Shown: in pieces, positions 38,866-51,560 of the stretch
Position numbering within the stretch: position 1 is the stretch's first letter
How the letters are laid out: every line of letters begins with the position of its first letter
Origin: Callorhinchus milii
Taxonomy: Eukaryota
NCBI RefSeq assembly: GCF_018977255.1
Contig: NW_024704743.1
Coordinates: 91,266,001 to 91,330,000, forward strand
DNA length: 64,000 nt
Reading direction: 5' to 3'
Translations under genes and position numbers: made by a program
The notes under the pieces: model-generated
Seen by the model: only the letters and a program-made list of their open reading frames with translations
Databases searched by the model: none
What the model was told of the DNA's origin: nothing

Positions 38866-41519
38866 TTTAATAATAATAATCCTTGCATTTGATATAGCGC
38901 TTTTCACGTCGGGAGGACGTCCCAAAGCGCTTCACAGAACACATTGAATCTTTTTGCATATGGAATCCTTAGAAGATTGCACGTGTGACCCAATACTCTA
39001 AGGATACTGCACGTATGATGCTATCCTGTGTGAAAGACATAATACATGCGTCTTACACATGGGATAGCGTCTTGGAGTGTTTATAGTGGTGAAGTCACTG
39101 GAGGCACGGTCAAAGAGAAGGGTCTTCAAGTGCGATCTGAATCAAGGATTTGGCCAATGTGAAGAAATTGAGGCAGAAAGTTCCAGAGGGTTTAGTGGCT
39201 AAATGCATGGCCACCAATGATGAAGTGGAGGTGTTGAGATACTTGCAAGAGGCCAGAGCCAGCTGAGTGAATGGGCCGGGGAGAGGAGTTGGATGTGAAC
39301 AGGTCGGAGAGGTAGGGAGATGCTCAGGCATGAAGTACATATGTGAGGATCTTGAAATTGATCAAAGACCCACATGGACAAAGTCCCATATTAAATGCAT
39401 GAATTATTATAATTGGCAAATGCTACAGCCCCGTGATCACCAGCCTCTTTGCTTTTATTATTTTCTCTCACTTTCCACGATATAGAAAGACTCCATCTCC
39501 AGGTGATAGAGAATCCTGAGGGACTGCTCTTGGGGATTTCCTAATTCCATCCTGTCAGCAGGTAATATAAGGTGAATGGATGCAATTGGGATTTGCTTGT
39601 TTAAATAAGAAGCTACAGTTCTATATAGGGCAGCACATTATCAGTGCTATGTCAATATTCAAGGTTTTATGACTACTGCCAGAAGCAATGCAAGTGTCAT
39701 TATCTCCATTAAGATCAATGGAGTTTTGGCCGTCCCAGCCCCAATTCATAACGTATAAAAATCCTCTGTCATTGCTAATGAGATTCAAACATTCTTCTTT
39801 GTTTGTTGTCTCAGTGAATAGCTTTAGCATTGCATATCGTGGCACTTTTCGTGCTTGTGCATGTAAGACAATTTTTGCCCACAATAATTGACTCAATCAC
39901 AATTAAAGATTTTGCTTTGTGCCATTTACAGTACAATTCCCAACCGCCAAGGGAAATATCCGATTGTGCAGTTGCTGCCACAAAGAGCAGAAGCAGATAA
40001 CAGCAAATCGCATAACAATGGCAGTCAGTGTTCAGTGTACCATTAAAGGAGGAAAATTTGACCTTAAGATGCATGAAACGGGAACAAGAGAGCAAAAGCC
40101 TTGTCAGACATTGTTATTATCTGATGTCAACTTGACTCAGTGGTAACACTCTCGCCTTTGAGTCAGAAGGTTGTAGGTTCAGGCCCCATGTTGGGACTTT
40201 GAACACATAATAGACAGGTAGGCTGATGCTCCAATGCAACAACAATTTGCATTTATAGAACGCCCCTCACACAGGTTAGCGTTCCAGAGCAATTGACAGT
40301 GGCAGGATGGAGGTGCCATCCTTCGGTGCTGACCGAACTTCATAAATTAGGAACACAACACCTCTCTGTCTTTTAAGTCCTGCCTTAAAACCTGCCTCTT
40401 CGACTGCGCCTATGGGCACCTCCCCCTCCACTCCGTCCCCATCACTGGTAAAGCACTCCGTTATTCCATGTGAAAATCACTATATAAATGCCAGTGAGCA
40501 TCTCAACTTTTGTACTCTCTTATGTACTTGACTTTGAATGCAGGTTAAATACTCTATTGATGAGGAGAAACTGAATATTGCACAGGAAGCCTTCAGAAAT
40601 AAGATTTTTAAGAACTGCAGGAAAACAGCTTCCAAATTAACACTGGCTTTAAGAATTTTCTGTGAAATCTTAAGTTTTAAAACACTGAGTTAAGGCTAAT
40701 AATGTGAGAAATTTCAGGTGTGTTTTGTTCAGTGCTAACAAGCTTTATTAGCTAGGCAGGTGTACATGAAGTTGTGTAAGGAGAATTTGGTTCTAAAGGT
40801 AAAACTTCTAGTTAATTACACTATTTTCACCTTCTTAGAAAATATCATACTATAGCTAAACAGTACCAGCTTCGAATATATAATTGCAGTAAATTATTCC
40901 AACATTTGTTTGGAATATTTTAAAAAGGAATGCTGGCAGGTGCAGCTGCTAGCTGTAGAAATAACAAATTAAGTGGTTCCACTGCTGTTGATAAATGGTG
41001 TGATTTTTGTCAAGTGGTAAAGTTACAAGGTTTTTCAAGGCAATATGGAATTTATGGAATAAATGCAGGTATTTTATTGGGTTTAAGGAACAATGAAAAT
41101 GTTTCTTTACGTAGAGGGCTATGACCATGTGGAATGCACTGTCCTAGAAGGCAGCAGATGTACATACAGTTGGGACATTCAAAAGACAGGAAGATACATG
41201 GGAAGTAAGGGTATTTAGGGATATGGAGAAAGAGAGGAAATTATAATAAAATGTCTTGCATAATTTAACAAACTGGCTGAATGAACCCCTTCTGATCTTA
41301 TTCAAAGTCCGTTTGAAGATTTACCTCTGTCTGCTGTTTTGGTCATGTTTCCCTTCCCCCTGACTCCCACACTCAGCTTGGGTGTCAAGCCAGCAATGTC
41401 GGCTTGGGACGTTCTCCTGACACGAAAGGCATTATATAAATGTAAATTTTTATTGTACTGTAGTGGATCCTCGGCAAACCTGTACCTCTTTGCTGTACTG
41501 GACTCTGCTCCATTTCGCT

Positions 41520-42040
41520 CTGGCTTTATCACATCATCACTATGTCCCAAATCACTTGGAGGATTTTGCTGTAAGGTGAAGTGACTGTATTTATAAGGCA
41601 AATGCTTCAGCCAATTTCTCACAGCAATGCCGCACAAATAACCATAAAGTGAATGACCAACTTTATCTGGGAGAATTGTTGACCCAGGACACCAAGAGAA
41701 ACTCCTCCTTTTGAGAATTGAATATCTACTTCAACGGACAGACATGACTTCAGTTTAAAGTCTCATTTGAAGCATGGCACCTCTGACAATGACAATTTCA
41801 AGACTGAGGTAGACAGATAAGGGTATCAAGGGATATGGGGCAAGGGCGGGTAATTGGAGTTGAGGTACAGATCAGTCATGATCTTATAGAATAACGGAAC
41901 AGGCTCGAATGGCTGAATGACCTACTCCTGTTCCTATTTTCCTAGGATTACCCCAAGACTGCATTAGAGTGTCAGCCTAATTCGCACTGTGGGCTTCAAA
42001 CCCACAACCTTCAGAGTGCTACTGACTGAACTAAACTGAC
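41520..42040 (-). mobile_element. SINE family B with nested CR1 3' end (~41800-41945)
   Basis: SINE body is split by a GGATATGGGGCAAGGGCGGG...CCTACTCCTGTTCCTAT CR1-type tail. Confidence 0.6.
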
Positions 42041-42877
42041 ACTTATGAGTTATTACACATACAGAATAATTTACGGGAAATGGAGATTAGGGCTAACGTG
42101 TCTTCCTCCCTTTCCCTCTCCCTAAATAGATGCTGCTTTAGTATTACTAAATCATGGAAGGAATTGCACAAGAGCTAATCCCCTGCATGGACTGTATTTT
42201 TAATGTTTTTGATACAGATTATCTGTGGAAAGAGTAGAGAAGAGCCCACACCTCCTCACTGTCAGCTCCTTTATGGCATGTTTAGTATTCCAAACAGGTA
42301 TTGCATTAAAAGAAATGGAAATTGAATTAGCTTGAGCTGGAGTGAGAGTAAGAAATGAGTTAAATATTGCTTCTTAATTCTAGAAATGATAGTCTATAAA
42401 ACCAACTGTATGAAATTCAGAAAAACTGGATCAAACACGTAGATAGTAAAAAAAAATCATAAACGAGGATTCTGAAATATGAACAGGACACAGAGCTGAT
42501 TGGATTACTGAAGCTAAAATGAATTCAAAAGCAACCAGAACTTCAGATAAGGGAGAAGGTTATGTGTGTACCCAAACATCGTTGTTGTAGATATGTGTTA
42601 CAAGGTAATACATTTGTGCAGATTTAGCTCCTAATGTTTGGATCAATTTTATAACAAAATTTAACTAAAATATTTCTCTTGCTAATGACATGCAACTTCT
42701 GTCATTTAATTCTTTCTCTTTTCCCATTTTGTTAAAACCTAACCTGTCAGCTACCAGATCTGTTCACAGCCTTATTTACATCAGGTTCTAAAATGTGATA
42801 TTTGCAAAAGGAAGCCTGAAAATGTTTCATTATCTTAGCCTCAAAACTGTGTCTTGTGATCATTGGGCAAGTCCTGT

Positions 42878-43201
42878 GGGAGACCTGTGGCTCAGTGGTT
42901 AGAGCACTCGCTTTGCAAGTGAGAGACCTGAGTTCAATTCCCGGCAGGGCGAAACCTTGGGCAAGTTTCCTTACTCCACACAGAGCCTAATAATAATCCC
43001 TCCAAAACAAAACAATAATAAATTGGTCATTTTCAATCTACGACTGTTTATGGGACATTGCTGTGCGCAATTGGCTGCCGCATTCGCCCACAAATATACA
43101 GTCAATTCACTTTACAGTGTGTTCTGTGAAGCGCTTTGGGACGTCCTCCCAACGTGAAAAGCGCTATATCAAATGCAAGGATTATTATTATTATTATTAT
43201 T
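42878..43201 (+). mobile_element. Young tRNA(Ala)-derived SINE, short form (family A)
   Basis: A-box GTGGCTCAGTGG, anticodon arm CTCGC-TTTGCAA-GTGAG, B-box GAGTTCAATTCC, L2-like tail ending ATCAAATGCAAGG(ATT)n. Confidence 0.9.
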
Positions 43202-43264
43202 AAGTCCTAGCTGCACACACAGCAGGAAGTTTGTCAATGGCAATCTATGTAGCTTCAGCTGCTT

Positions 43265-43812
43265 AAACAACAACAACAACATGATATTTGTATAGCGCCT
43301 TTCATATCGGAAGGACATACCAAGGCGCTGGACAGTCAGTATTTTGGACCTGAGCTGGGGATCGGGATTGGGGAGGGTGGAGGGCGTGGGGGGGGGGCAG
43401 AGGGTGACTGAATGCACGGTCGAAGAGGAGGGTCTTGAGATGCGTCTTGAAGGAGGCAAAGGAGAGGGCGAAGCAGAGAGACCTCGGGATAGAGTTACAG
43501 AGTGGCTGATAGAGTTTCAGTGGCTGAAGGCCTGGCCGCCAATGTTGGGGCGGCGAGGCGGGGGACATAAAGCAGGCCGGAGCCCGCTGAGCGAGGGAGT
43601 GGGCAGGGTGATAGGAGGCTAGGAGGTCGCAGAAGTAGGGGGAAGCAAGGCCATGGAGGGCTTTGAAGGTGAGGACCAGAATCTTGAACTGTATCCTCTG
43701 TGTAATGGGAAGCCAGTGGAGTCAGGCGAAGATGGGGGTCACGGAGCCTGATACGGGAGAGGACATGGGCTGAGCTCTGGATGATCTGCAGCCTATGGGG
43801 GGAGGAGTTGGA
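43265..43812 (-). mobile_element. L2 LINE 3' fragment
   Basis: HRLQIIQSSAHVLSRIRLRDP and SFKTHLKTLLFDRAF peptides; (TTG)n tail. Confidence 0.8.
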
Positions 43813-44681
43813 CATCAGGAACATCAGGAGAATGTTTCAAAGTGCTTCACAGGTTTCATTGTGAGGATAGTGACTGTATTTGTAAGCAAATTTTAGACTT
43901 TCGAAGTGTATTGTGCGTATACCAATCTGACAAAGAGAATCATGTGGAGAAAAATTTATACCAGAGCAGTTTGTAGTTAATGACTGTTTCAGTGGTGAAA
44001 CATCCCGTTGACTTTGGCACAAAGATTGAGCTCGAAGCCGATTTGAAAAATTTACTGCCATCATTTTTATTATTACAATTCGTGGAGCAGGGCTGCCATT
44101 GTTGTGGGCTGCGATTGCTGACAGCAGTGCACAGTGTTTCATTGCTGTTTCTCAAAATACTGGCTCAACATACTCTGTATTCCAAGCACTCTGGGACTCT
44201 ACCCTATGTGAGAGGTACTATATAAATGCAAGTTGTTGTTGTATCACATCAAAGAGCATTGGAAGGTTGAGACTGAGGAATTTCTGTCCTAATTGTTAGA
44301 TAAGGACAAGCGGTTATTGTTCAGCATAAAAGTAAATAATGCATGAACAGTACCCAGTCATGTAGTAAATTTATTGATTGGATTCCAACTCTTGGACAAA
44401 TACCAGCAGCCTCCTGAATATGCTCAACACAGTATCATGTTATTATGTTCCACTGACAGTTAAGTATATTTCTCTTCATTTTTGATCTATTCACGGTGCA
44501 GTTTATGCCAATGAGAAATTTGAAATGGATTATTCATGGTGCTAAGAGAGATTGGTCTCTGACAGTCCAATAGCACACTGCTGGTGGAGACAACAAGCAT
44601 CAAAGGATTTAAATAAATTCATGAATTTGAAAGTTCTGTACATTAGAACATCTACTACAATACGGGAGAGTGGCAATGTAC

Positions 44682-44781
44682 CTAATAATATTCCAATCAA
44701 TTAGCCCAAGCTCCTAGGATGATTGATCACAGAGTGACATTCTGCTTCCAAATGTGGTACAATTTGCTGTCCCTTTCAAAC
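44682..44781 (-). pseudogene. Duplicated pseudo-exon of LRRCC1 first coding exon
   Basis: Reads MSLCDQSS*ELGLIDWNII with the same 59-nt ATG-to-donor length as 28544-28602. Acceptor and donor are retained, codon 9 is CAG>TAG (44716-44714), and flanking introns are homologous. Confidence 0.85.
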
Positions 44782-45020
44782 CTAATACAGAAAAGAAAAG
44801 TTAGCTCATGTGAACATTTGCAAGTTTTATTCTTTATCATCTAAAGCAGGATGTTCATATACCAGGGAGTAAGGGTTCATGTACCAGGGAGACCATTCCG
44901 TCTTTCTAGTGTGAATCTGCAGATTCATATTGTAATTTACATTTCAAACCCTTTGAGCAGTGTAGTAACATTCATTTGGATATTCTTAGCATGTCTTTCA
45001 TGTCCATGCTAAGCATGTTT

Positions 45021-45341
45021 ATAATAATAATAATAATCCTTGCATTTGATATAGCGCTTTTCACGTCAGGCGGATGTCCCAAAGCGCTTCACAGAACACA
45101 CTGTAAAGTGAATTGACTGTATGTTTGTGGGCGAACGCGGCAGCCAATTGCGCACAGCAATGTCCCACAAACAGTCGTAGATTGAAAATGACCAATTTAA
45201 TTGTTTTTGTTTTGTGGAGGGATTATTATTAGGCTCTGTGTGGAGTAAGGAAACTTGCCCAAGGTTTCGCTCTGCCGGGAATTGAACTTAGGTCTCTCAC
45301 TTGCACAGCGAGTGCTCTAACCACAGAGCTACAGGACTCCA
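45021..45341 (-). mobile_element. SINE family A, short form
   Basis: Near-identical to 22291-22616. Confidence 0.9.
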
Positions 45342-47117
45342 CATTTGTTTTGGTTGTTGTCTCCTCTCCTCAAGGTGCTGACAATTATCACTGATTGGTA
45401 GATTGGTATCTCGTGAAGCAGCACTGAACTGTTCAGACCCCCAAGGACTGTTGCTGCAGTACATTTTGCATTGGAGAACTGCTGGAATTGACCCCATTAA
45501 AATCATTTGCTTACAAAGCACTGGTAAGCTTTGCATTGCTTGTCCAGTTAACACTACCAGAGACATTGCCTTCCAGGGATCTCAGAGGAATAATTCCCAT
45601 CTCCCTTTGGCTTGTTTACCCTTTCATTTGCTGGTCAATCATCAGCAGTGCCCTGGAGTACTGTAGAACCTGCCTCACTCAGGTATTAGATCGCTGTGTC
45701 TATCACAGAAAAGTGACTCGGTTCTGCTTCCCCTCCATGTTGGCAGGCTCGGACCCTTACTCCCTGCAGCCATTTCTCTTTACTGCAAAGCCCTCTTACA
45801 ACGTATTAAACCTTTCTACTACAAAGGGACCAGGAGCTCTGATCCATAAAGGAGATTAGTTTGGCCACAGTGATATTTTCTGAAGGGCAGAAATTTTGTT
45901 TGAAGGACATAATCATTTGGCCTGATGCTTCAGTCAAGCTGTTCAGCCTTGGTTACAGGCTGCTGCACTCCCACATGTTCATTATTGCTTCATTTTAATT
46001 ATGAAATTTAAGCTCCATGACCCAATAATAATTTTCTTTTTAATTTAATTACAAAGCACTTTCTAAAAAAATCCATAGAGCACAATATTAGATTTAATTA
46101 TTGATCTATTTTGAAAAAGGTATTGAAATGAAAATTAGAGGTTAGAAGGATGGCTTGGGAGAATTTTTGTGATGTGGGAGAGGGAATCTACTTTTACAAA
46201 CCATAGGAATTTATTGTAGTCAGCTCCTCTAATAATCATTTAGAGTAAAATTACTTACATTTCATTTATAGTAAAAAAATGCTGTATATTTGTACCTCTA
46301 TATGTATCATAGAGTCTGTAAACGTTTTAATCACATGCATTGAACAAATAACAAATGAGGGACTATCATTTGCCGATTGCTAAAAACAAATATTTTTTTT
46401 ATTTGTATAATATGGGAATTTCCTGTTAAAAAAAATGAAAAGATGACAATATTTAACAATCAATCCATACTAGAAAGTCTGTCCATGCTGTGCTGGAAGC
46501 TTGCCTTCCAATTACAAACATAGGAACATAAGAATTGATTGCAGAAAGAAGATCAAAGTTCTTCCAGTTTGCCTTCCACCATTCTGGCAATCGCATGCAC
46601 ATGTGATGTCCCAAACTAAAGCAAGTTAAGCAAGTGCAAACTTCTTCAGTCATTCAAAGTGGAAAAGGCAAGCGTCCATCTATTTCAAATAGTTCTGAAT
46701 GCATCTGGTAATATGCTGGAAAGTGGTTTAAATGGCAAAGATTTCCTTTCTGAATGAAACAGCTTTGTCTTTCATGTTTGGATCACAGAACTGGATTTGG
46801 AAAATCTTCTTTATAGGATGGAAGTGGACAAGTATAACCAGATCATGAAATCCACAGCTCAGAAGCATTTGAAAGTGTTTCAAACTCTTAACTACACACA
46901 CAATTGGCTCATTAACAGATTGTCAAATGCCAAGTAAGATGTACAAAAGGACTGATCAATATAGTAAAAAAAAGTCTTGGTCTTATTAAATGGAAAAAAA
47001 TCCTTCATTATTGCGGCTAATATTTGACTTGGGCCTTCAGCGCCTTGGGATGTCCTCCCGACGTGAAAGGCGCTCTACAATTGTTGTTGTTGACTGTGAA
47101 CAATAGAGATTCTGTAG

Positions 47118-47580
47118 GAGTCCTGTAGCTCAATGGTTAAAGCACTCGCCTCGCAAGCGATTCCCGGCAAGGCAAAATGTTCGCCTCTGTTTACCTAGAA
47201 GTAAGTAGGAACCCGGTTGTTAATCGTTTGGCAACAACAACAAGATTACATTTGTATAGTTTGCCTTCCACTGTTCTGGCAGTCGCATGCACATGTGATG
47301 TCCCAAACTAAAACAAGTTAAGCAAGTGCAAACCTCTTCAGTCATTCAAAGTGGATTGGCAGATCGCTTTCATGGGAGTAATAATTCCTTCAAAAAAAAT
47401 AATAATTTGGTCACTTCAATCCACGACTGTTTATGGGACACTGCTGTGTGCAATTGGCTGCCGAGTTTCACCTACAAAATATACAGTCAATTCACTTTAC
47501 ATTATATTCTGTTAAGCATTTTGAGACATTTCGAAGTCGCGATAAAGCACTATATCAAATCAAGGATTATTATTATTATA
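47118..47580 (+). mobile_element. SINE family A, long form, interrupted by a chimeric insertion
   Basis: Head at 47118; body resumes at ~47356 after a ~125-nt insert. Confidence 0.75.
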
Positions 47581-47589
47581 TGGGTAGGA

Positions 47590-48000
47590 AAAATGCAGCC
47601 TGGCTCCATTGTAGTACTCTCGCTTCTGAGTCAGAATGTGGTGGGTTCAAGTCCGATTGAGACTATGGACTTACATTGTAGGCTAACACTCCTCTGTATT
47701 TCTGAGGAAACACTGCATTGTTGAAGGTGCCTCTTATGAAGAACACCAAATCTAGGTCCCACCTTCCTGTTTATGTGGATGTTAAAGATGGTATGACTCA
47801 AAGAAAGAATGAACTTTTTTCTGGTGCCCTGACCAACAGTCCCCCAAATAAAATTGGTCATTCACTTCATGGATGTTTGTCAGACATTGCTGTGTGCAAA
47901 TTTGCCTACAATATACACAATCACTCCATTTTACAGTAGTGATTATCTTGCCCTTTGAGATGTCCTTCTGACATGAAATACCAAAAACAGCTATTATTAT
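47590..48000 (+). mobile_element. SINE family B
   Basis: Head and core match family B. Confidence 0.7.
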
Positions 48001-48542
48001 TACTGTTGATTCCTCCATCCTTTGAGCACAGTAAAGATAATCCTAGATTATCTCTAATAAAAATATGAAAATATCACATACTATATTCTTCCCCCTATAG
48101 ATTTATAAAATGGTATTTGCATGAGATAATATTTTGTTTGTGCAACAATAATATTTACAGACCTGGAGCAAACAAAAGCCATTTGTGAGAAACTAGATAT
48201 TCAATTAACAATACACTTATTGTTTCATAGCACAAAATAATTTAAAAGAAAAAAATTGTAATTTGACCTGTTCATCATGGTATGAATATAAGCTGTAGGT
48301 TTTATAATGTAATAAATTCTGATAAATTAGGGCACTTGAGCTTGAAATTAACGTAGTTCCACCAGACTGACAGTTACTATTTCATTGGCCCTTTACCTTT
48401 ATCATTGAATGAGGTACTCTGGCGATACATTGGCCCATTCACTGACTTTATTCAAATGCCAATGTGCACTGTGCTTTGCTCCCATATGCATTGCATACAT
48501 GAGGGAGAAGGAAATATCTCAAAACTCTTCACTTTAAAATTT

Positions 48543-48980
48543 GTGTCAGCCAGGCTTGGTTAGCAGTACTCTTGTCTCTGAGTCAGAAGGCTATGGGATC
48601 AAGCCCCATATCGGCAGTTTGAACCCTAAAGTCTGGACTATTACTGTTAATACAGTGCTGACTGGCTGGGGTGCTCTGCATTGCCTGTGGTGTCTTCCTG
48701 CCAATTAGATGTTAAATAGTGATTCAGTCTGTTTGTTCAGGTGGACGTTAAAGATTCCATGGCACTATTCAAAAAGAGAACAGAGTTTCTCCCGGTGTCC
48801 TGGCCAACAACCCCCCAGATAAAAATTGGTTATTCACCTCATGGCTATTTGTGGGTCATTACTGTGCTCAAATTGGCTGCTATATTCTCCCCCAAAAATA
48901 CACAATCGCTACCCTTTGCAGTGAATCCTGTAAAGCACTTTAAAACGTTCTTCTGATGTGAAAGGTGCTACATCAAAGGT
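48543..48980 (+). mobile_element. Older tRNA-derived SINE (family B, DeuSINE/SacSINE1-like)
   Basis: GTGTCAGCC..GGCT..TAGCA..CTCTGAGTCAGAAGG head, TGTTCAGGTGGACGTTAAAGATTCCATGGCACTATT core, tail shared with family A. Confidence 0.75.
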
Positions 48981-49460
48981 AATTTTGGTAATATATTGTG
49001 TGAGATAGCTCTAATCCCACAGGCACTAGATTCACTTCCAGGAAAAAGCTTACCTCTAGGAGCTCATCTGCATTTCTTCACTGATGTGTATAACATTGAA
49101 AGAATTATCTTTACTAAGGAATTTTCTAGGCCTTTACGATGCATGAATGACCCAATCAAGTGTAATATTAGTTATGTACTATAATCAATGGTACTAATTT
49201 GCGCTGATGGAGTCATTTTACAGCAAAGAATCAACTTTGCTCAGTGTTGTCGACTATTTCTCACTTTTGACTGCCTTTAACTTCAGACAAACATCACAGA
49301 TTTCCCCTTAATTTGGGGCCTCACAACATCTCAACTATAATCAAATTTTGGCTTTCTTTGTTGTGGAGTAACAAACTTGCCTGCCATTGACCCTCAATAT
49401 CTCAAGGCTGCAGTGTGAATCCTGTGAACATTGCATTCCTGGATGTTATATTCTGTACAT

Positions 49461-49768
49461 AATAATAATAATAATCCTTGCATTTGATATAGCGCTTTTC
49501 ACGTTTTCTAGACGTCCCAAAGTGGTTCACAGAATATACTATAAAGTGAATTCACTATATATTTGTGGGTGAAACCCGGCAACCAATTGCGCTCAGCAGT
49601 GTCCCACAAACAGTCGTGGATTGAAATGAGCAATTTTTAATGGGTTTTTTTCTTGAGGGATTATTATCAGGCATGTGGAGTACGAAAACTTGCCCAAGGT
49701 TTCGCCCTGCCGGGAATCGAACCCAGGTATCACGCTTGCGAGGCGAGTGCTCTAATCACTGAGCTACA
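49461..49768 (-). mobile_element. SINE family A, short form
   Basis: Full head, body and tail on the minus strand. Confidence 0.85.
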
Positions 49769-50239
49769 TCAGCTGGGAGAGGGGATAAGAATGTAAAGGA
49801 GCTATTTACCACAAAACTGTTTGAAATAATGAGGTTAAAATCATACTCACTTCCAGCACCTTGGGACGTCCTCCCAACATGAAAGGAGCATTATAAATAC
49901 AATTTTTTGTTGTTGTTGAATTCAGTAGCAACAGTGGTGCCTTCAACCAGAAAAAATGCTTGGGATGTAAAGTCCATCTCCTCTCCTCTAGGCATCTTCA
50001 AGGAAACCTTTTTAACCACATTATACTGACTAATAAGACCTTGGCTACAATGTAAGATTGTCTCAGATGACTTCATCAGTTGGTGTGACTTACACGGGCT
50101 TCCTGCAGGAGCCAGACATGATGTTTAGTGGGGCTTTTGCTATTTCTGGAGTTACATTTACACTACACTACCACTTGCCCTAAAATAATTTTCTCAACCC
50201 AAATTCTATCATATTTAATGGCTGCGTATTCTGAAAATC

Positions 50240-50770
50240 ACATAGAATCATTGAATTATACAGCACAGATGGAGGCCATTTGGCCCGTTGTGTCTGTGCC
50301 AGCTCTTTGAGCTATCCAATTCAATCCCACTCCCCTGCTCTCTCCATAGGTCTGAAAACTTGCCCTCCCCAAATAATTACCTACTTCTCTCTTAAAAGTT
50401 GTTATCGAATTGGCTTCCACCATCCTTTCAGGCAATGCATTCCAGATCCGAACAACTCACTGTGAATTTTTTTTATTTTAAATTGGTGTCCTCGGGTTAC
50501 CAACCCACCCGCCAGTTGAAGTAGTTTCTCCTTGTTTACCCTATCGAATCCGCTCATAATTTTGAAAACTTCTATTAAGTCTCCTCTTAACCTTCTCTGC
50601 TCCAAGGAGAATAATCCTAGCTTCTCTAGACTCTCTTGATAACTGAAGTCCCTCATTCCTGGTGCCATCCTGGTAAATCTCCTTTGCACCCTCTCCAATG
50701 CCTTGACATCCTTTCTAAAGTGTGGGGCTCAGAACTGAACACAATACTCTACCTGGGGCCTAACCAGTGT
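50240..50770 (-). mobile_element. CR1-clade LINE 3' fragment
   Basis: ERVQRRFTRMAPGMRDFSYQESLEKLGLFSLEQRRLRGDLIEVFKIM is a typical CR1 ORF2 C-terminus. Confidence 0.9.
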
Positions 50771-50859
50771 CACTCTTTAGAAGCTTGATGCAATCTAATG
50801 AATTGTGGTGGAGACTGATTAAAGAGTTTAGGCTTTTCTACTTGTTATTTAAAGGCATG

Positions 50860-51560
50860 GTTGTTTTGGGGATTTAAAGACGTTAAAGTCTTAGAGGGGG
50901 TGCAGAGGAGGTTTATGAGAATGATTCCAGGAATGATAGGCTACTGTTATGAGGAGAGATTAGGGTTGCTGGGTCTTTTTAAGTTAGAGCAACAATGACA
51001 ACAACAACAAATTACATTTGTCTAGTGCTTTTCATATCAGGAGGAAGTCTTAAGGAGCTGGACAGTCAAGGATTTGCATCTGAGCTGGGAGTTAGGATCA
51101 GGGTGGGTGGTTGAGGAAGTTGAAATGTTTCAATTGAAAAAAATTGGACATTTAAAAAACAAGTAATTCAAAAAATATTGGTAGAGCAGAGAAGGTTGAG
51201 GGAAGAGCTGATAGAAGGATACAAAATTATGAGGGGTTTTGACAGGGTAAATAGGGAAGAGTTATTTCCATTGATTGGGGAATCATTGACAAGGGGATAT
51301 AGTTAGTTATGATCAGCCCAAGAACAGCTAAAGAGGAACATAAGAGGACTTTTTTTCACCCAGAGAGTTGTTGGATGTAGAATGTCCTGCCGAGTGGTGG
51401 AGATGGACTCCATTGCAGCTTCAATAGGGAAGTAGACAGGAAAGAGAGGGGCTTGAAGGGCTATTGGGATAAGGCTGGATTGAATTGATCTCTTTGCTCT
51501 GAGCTGCTGCAGACTCAATGGCCTCCTGTGCTGTAGATTTCTACGTTTCTCTGTTTCTAA
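50860..51560 (+). mobile_element. CR1-clade LINE 3' fragment interrupted by an L2 tail (~50990-51180)
   Basis: LEGVQRRFMRMIPGM...LGLFKLEQ|RRLREELIEGYKIMRGFDRV; TAGAGCA appears on both sides of the interruption. Confidence 0.8.

Noticed and set aside
38273..38925. Several ORFs across the CpG island
   Set aside because: Expected by chance in GC-rich promoter DNA; low-complexity peptides.
39621..40095. Minus-strand ORFs after an AG acceptor, considered as the missing SLC7 last exon
   Set aside because: No frame gives the expected VP/F..P...LV..P...P...Y...SG...Y transmembrane pattern.
41486..41568. Exon-like AG...GT segment encoding QNPPSDLGHSDDVIKPER
   Set aside because: The acceptor and first half are a degenerate SINE 3' tail.
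42878..42952. tRNA-Ala(TGC) gene (also at 13612, 22540, 32005, 45265 and others)
   Set aside because: These are SINE heads continuing into a SINE body and tail, without a proper acceptor stem or terminator.
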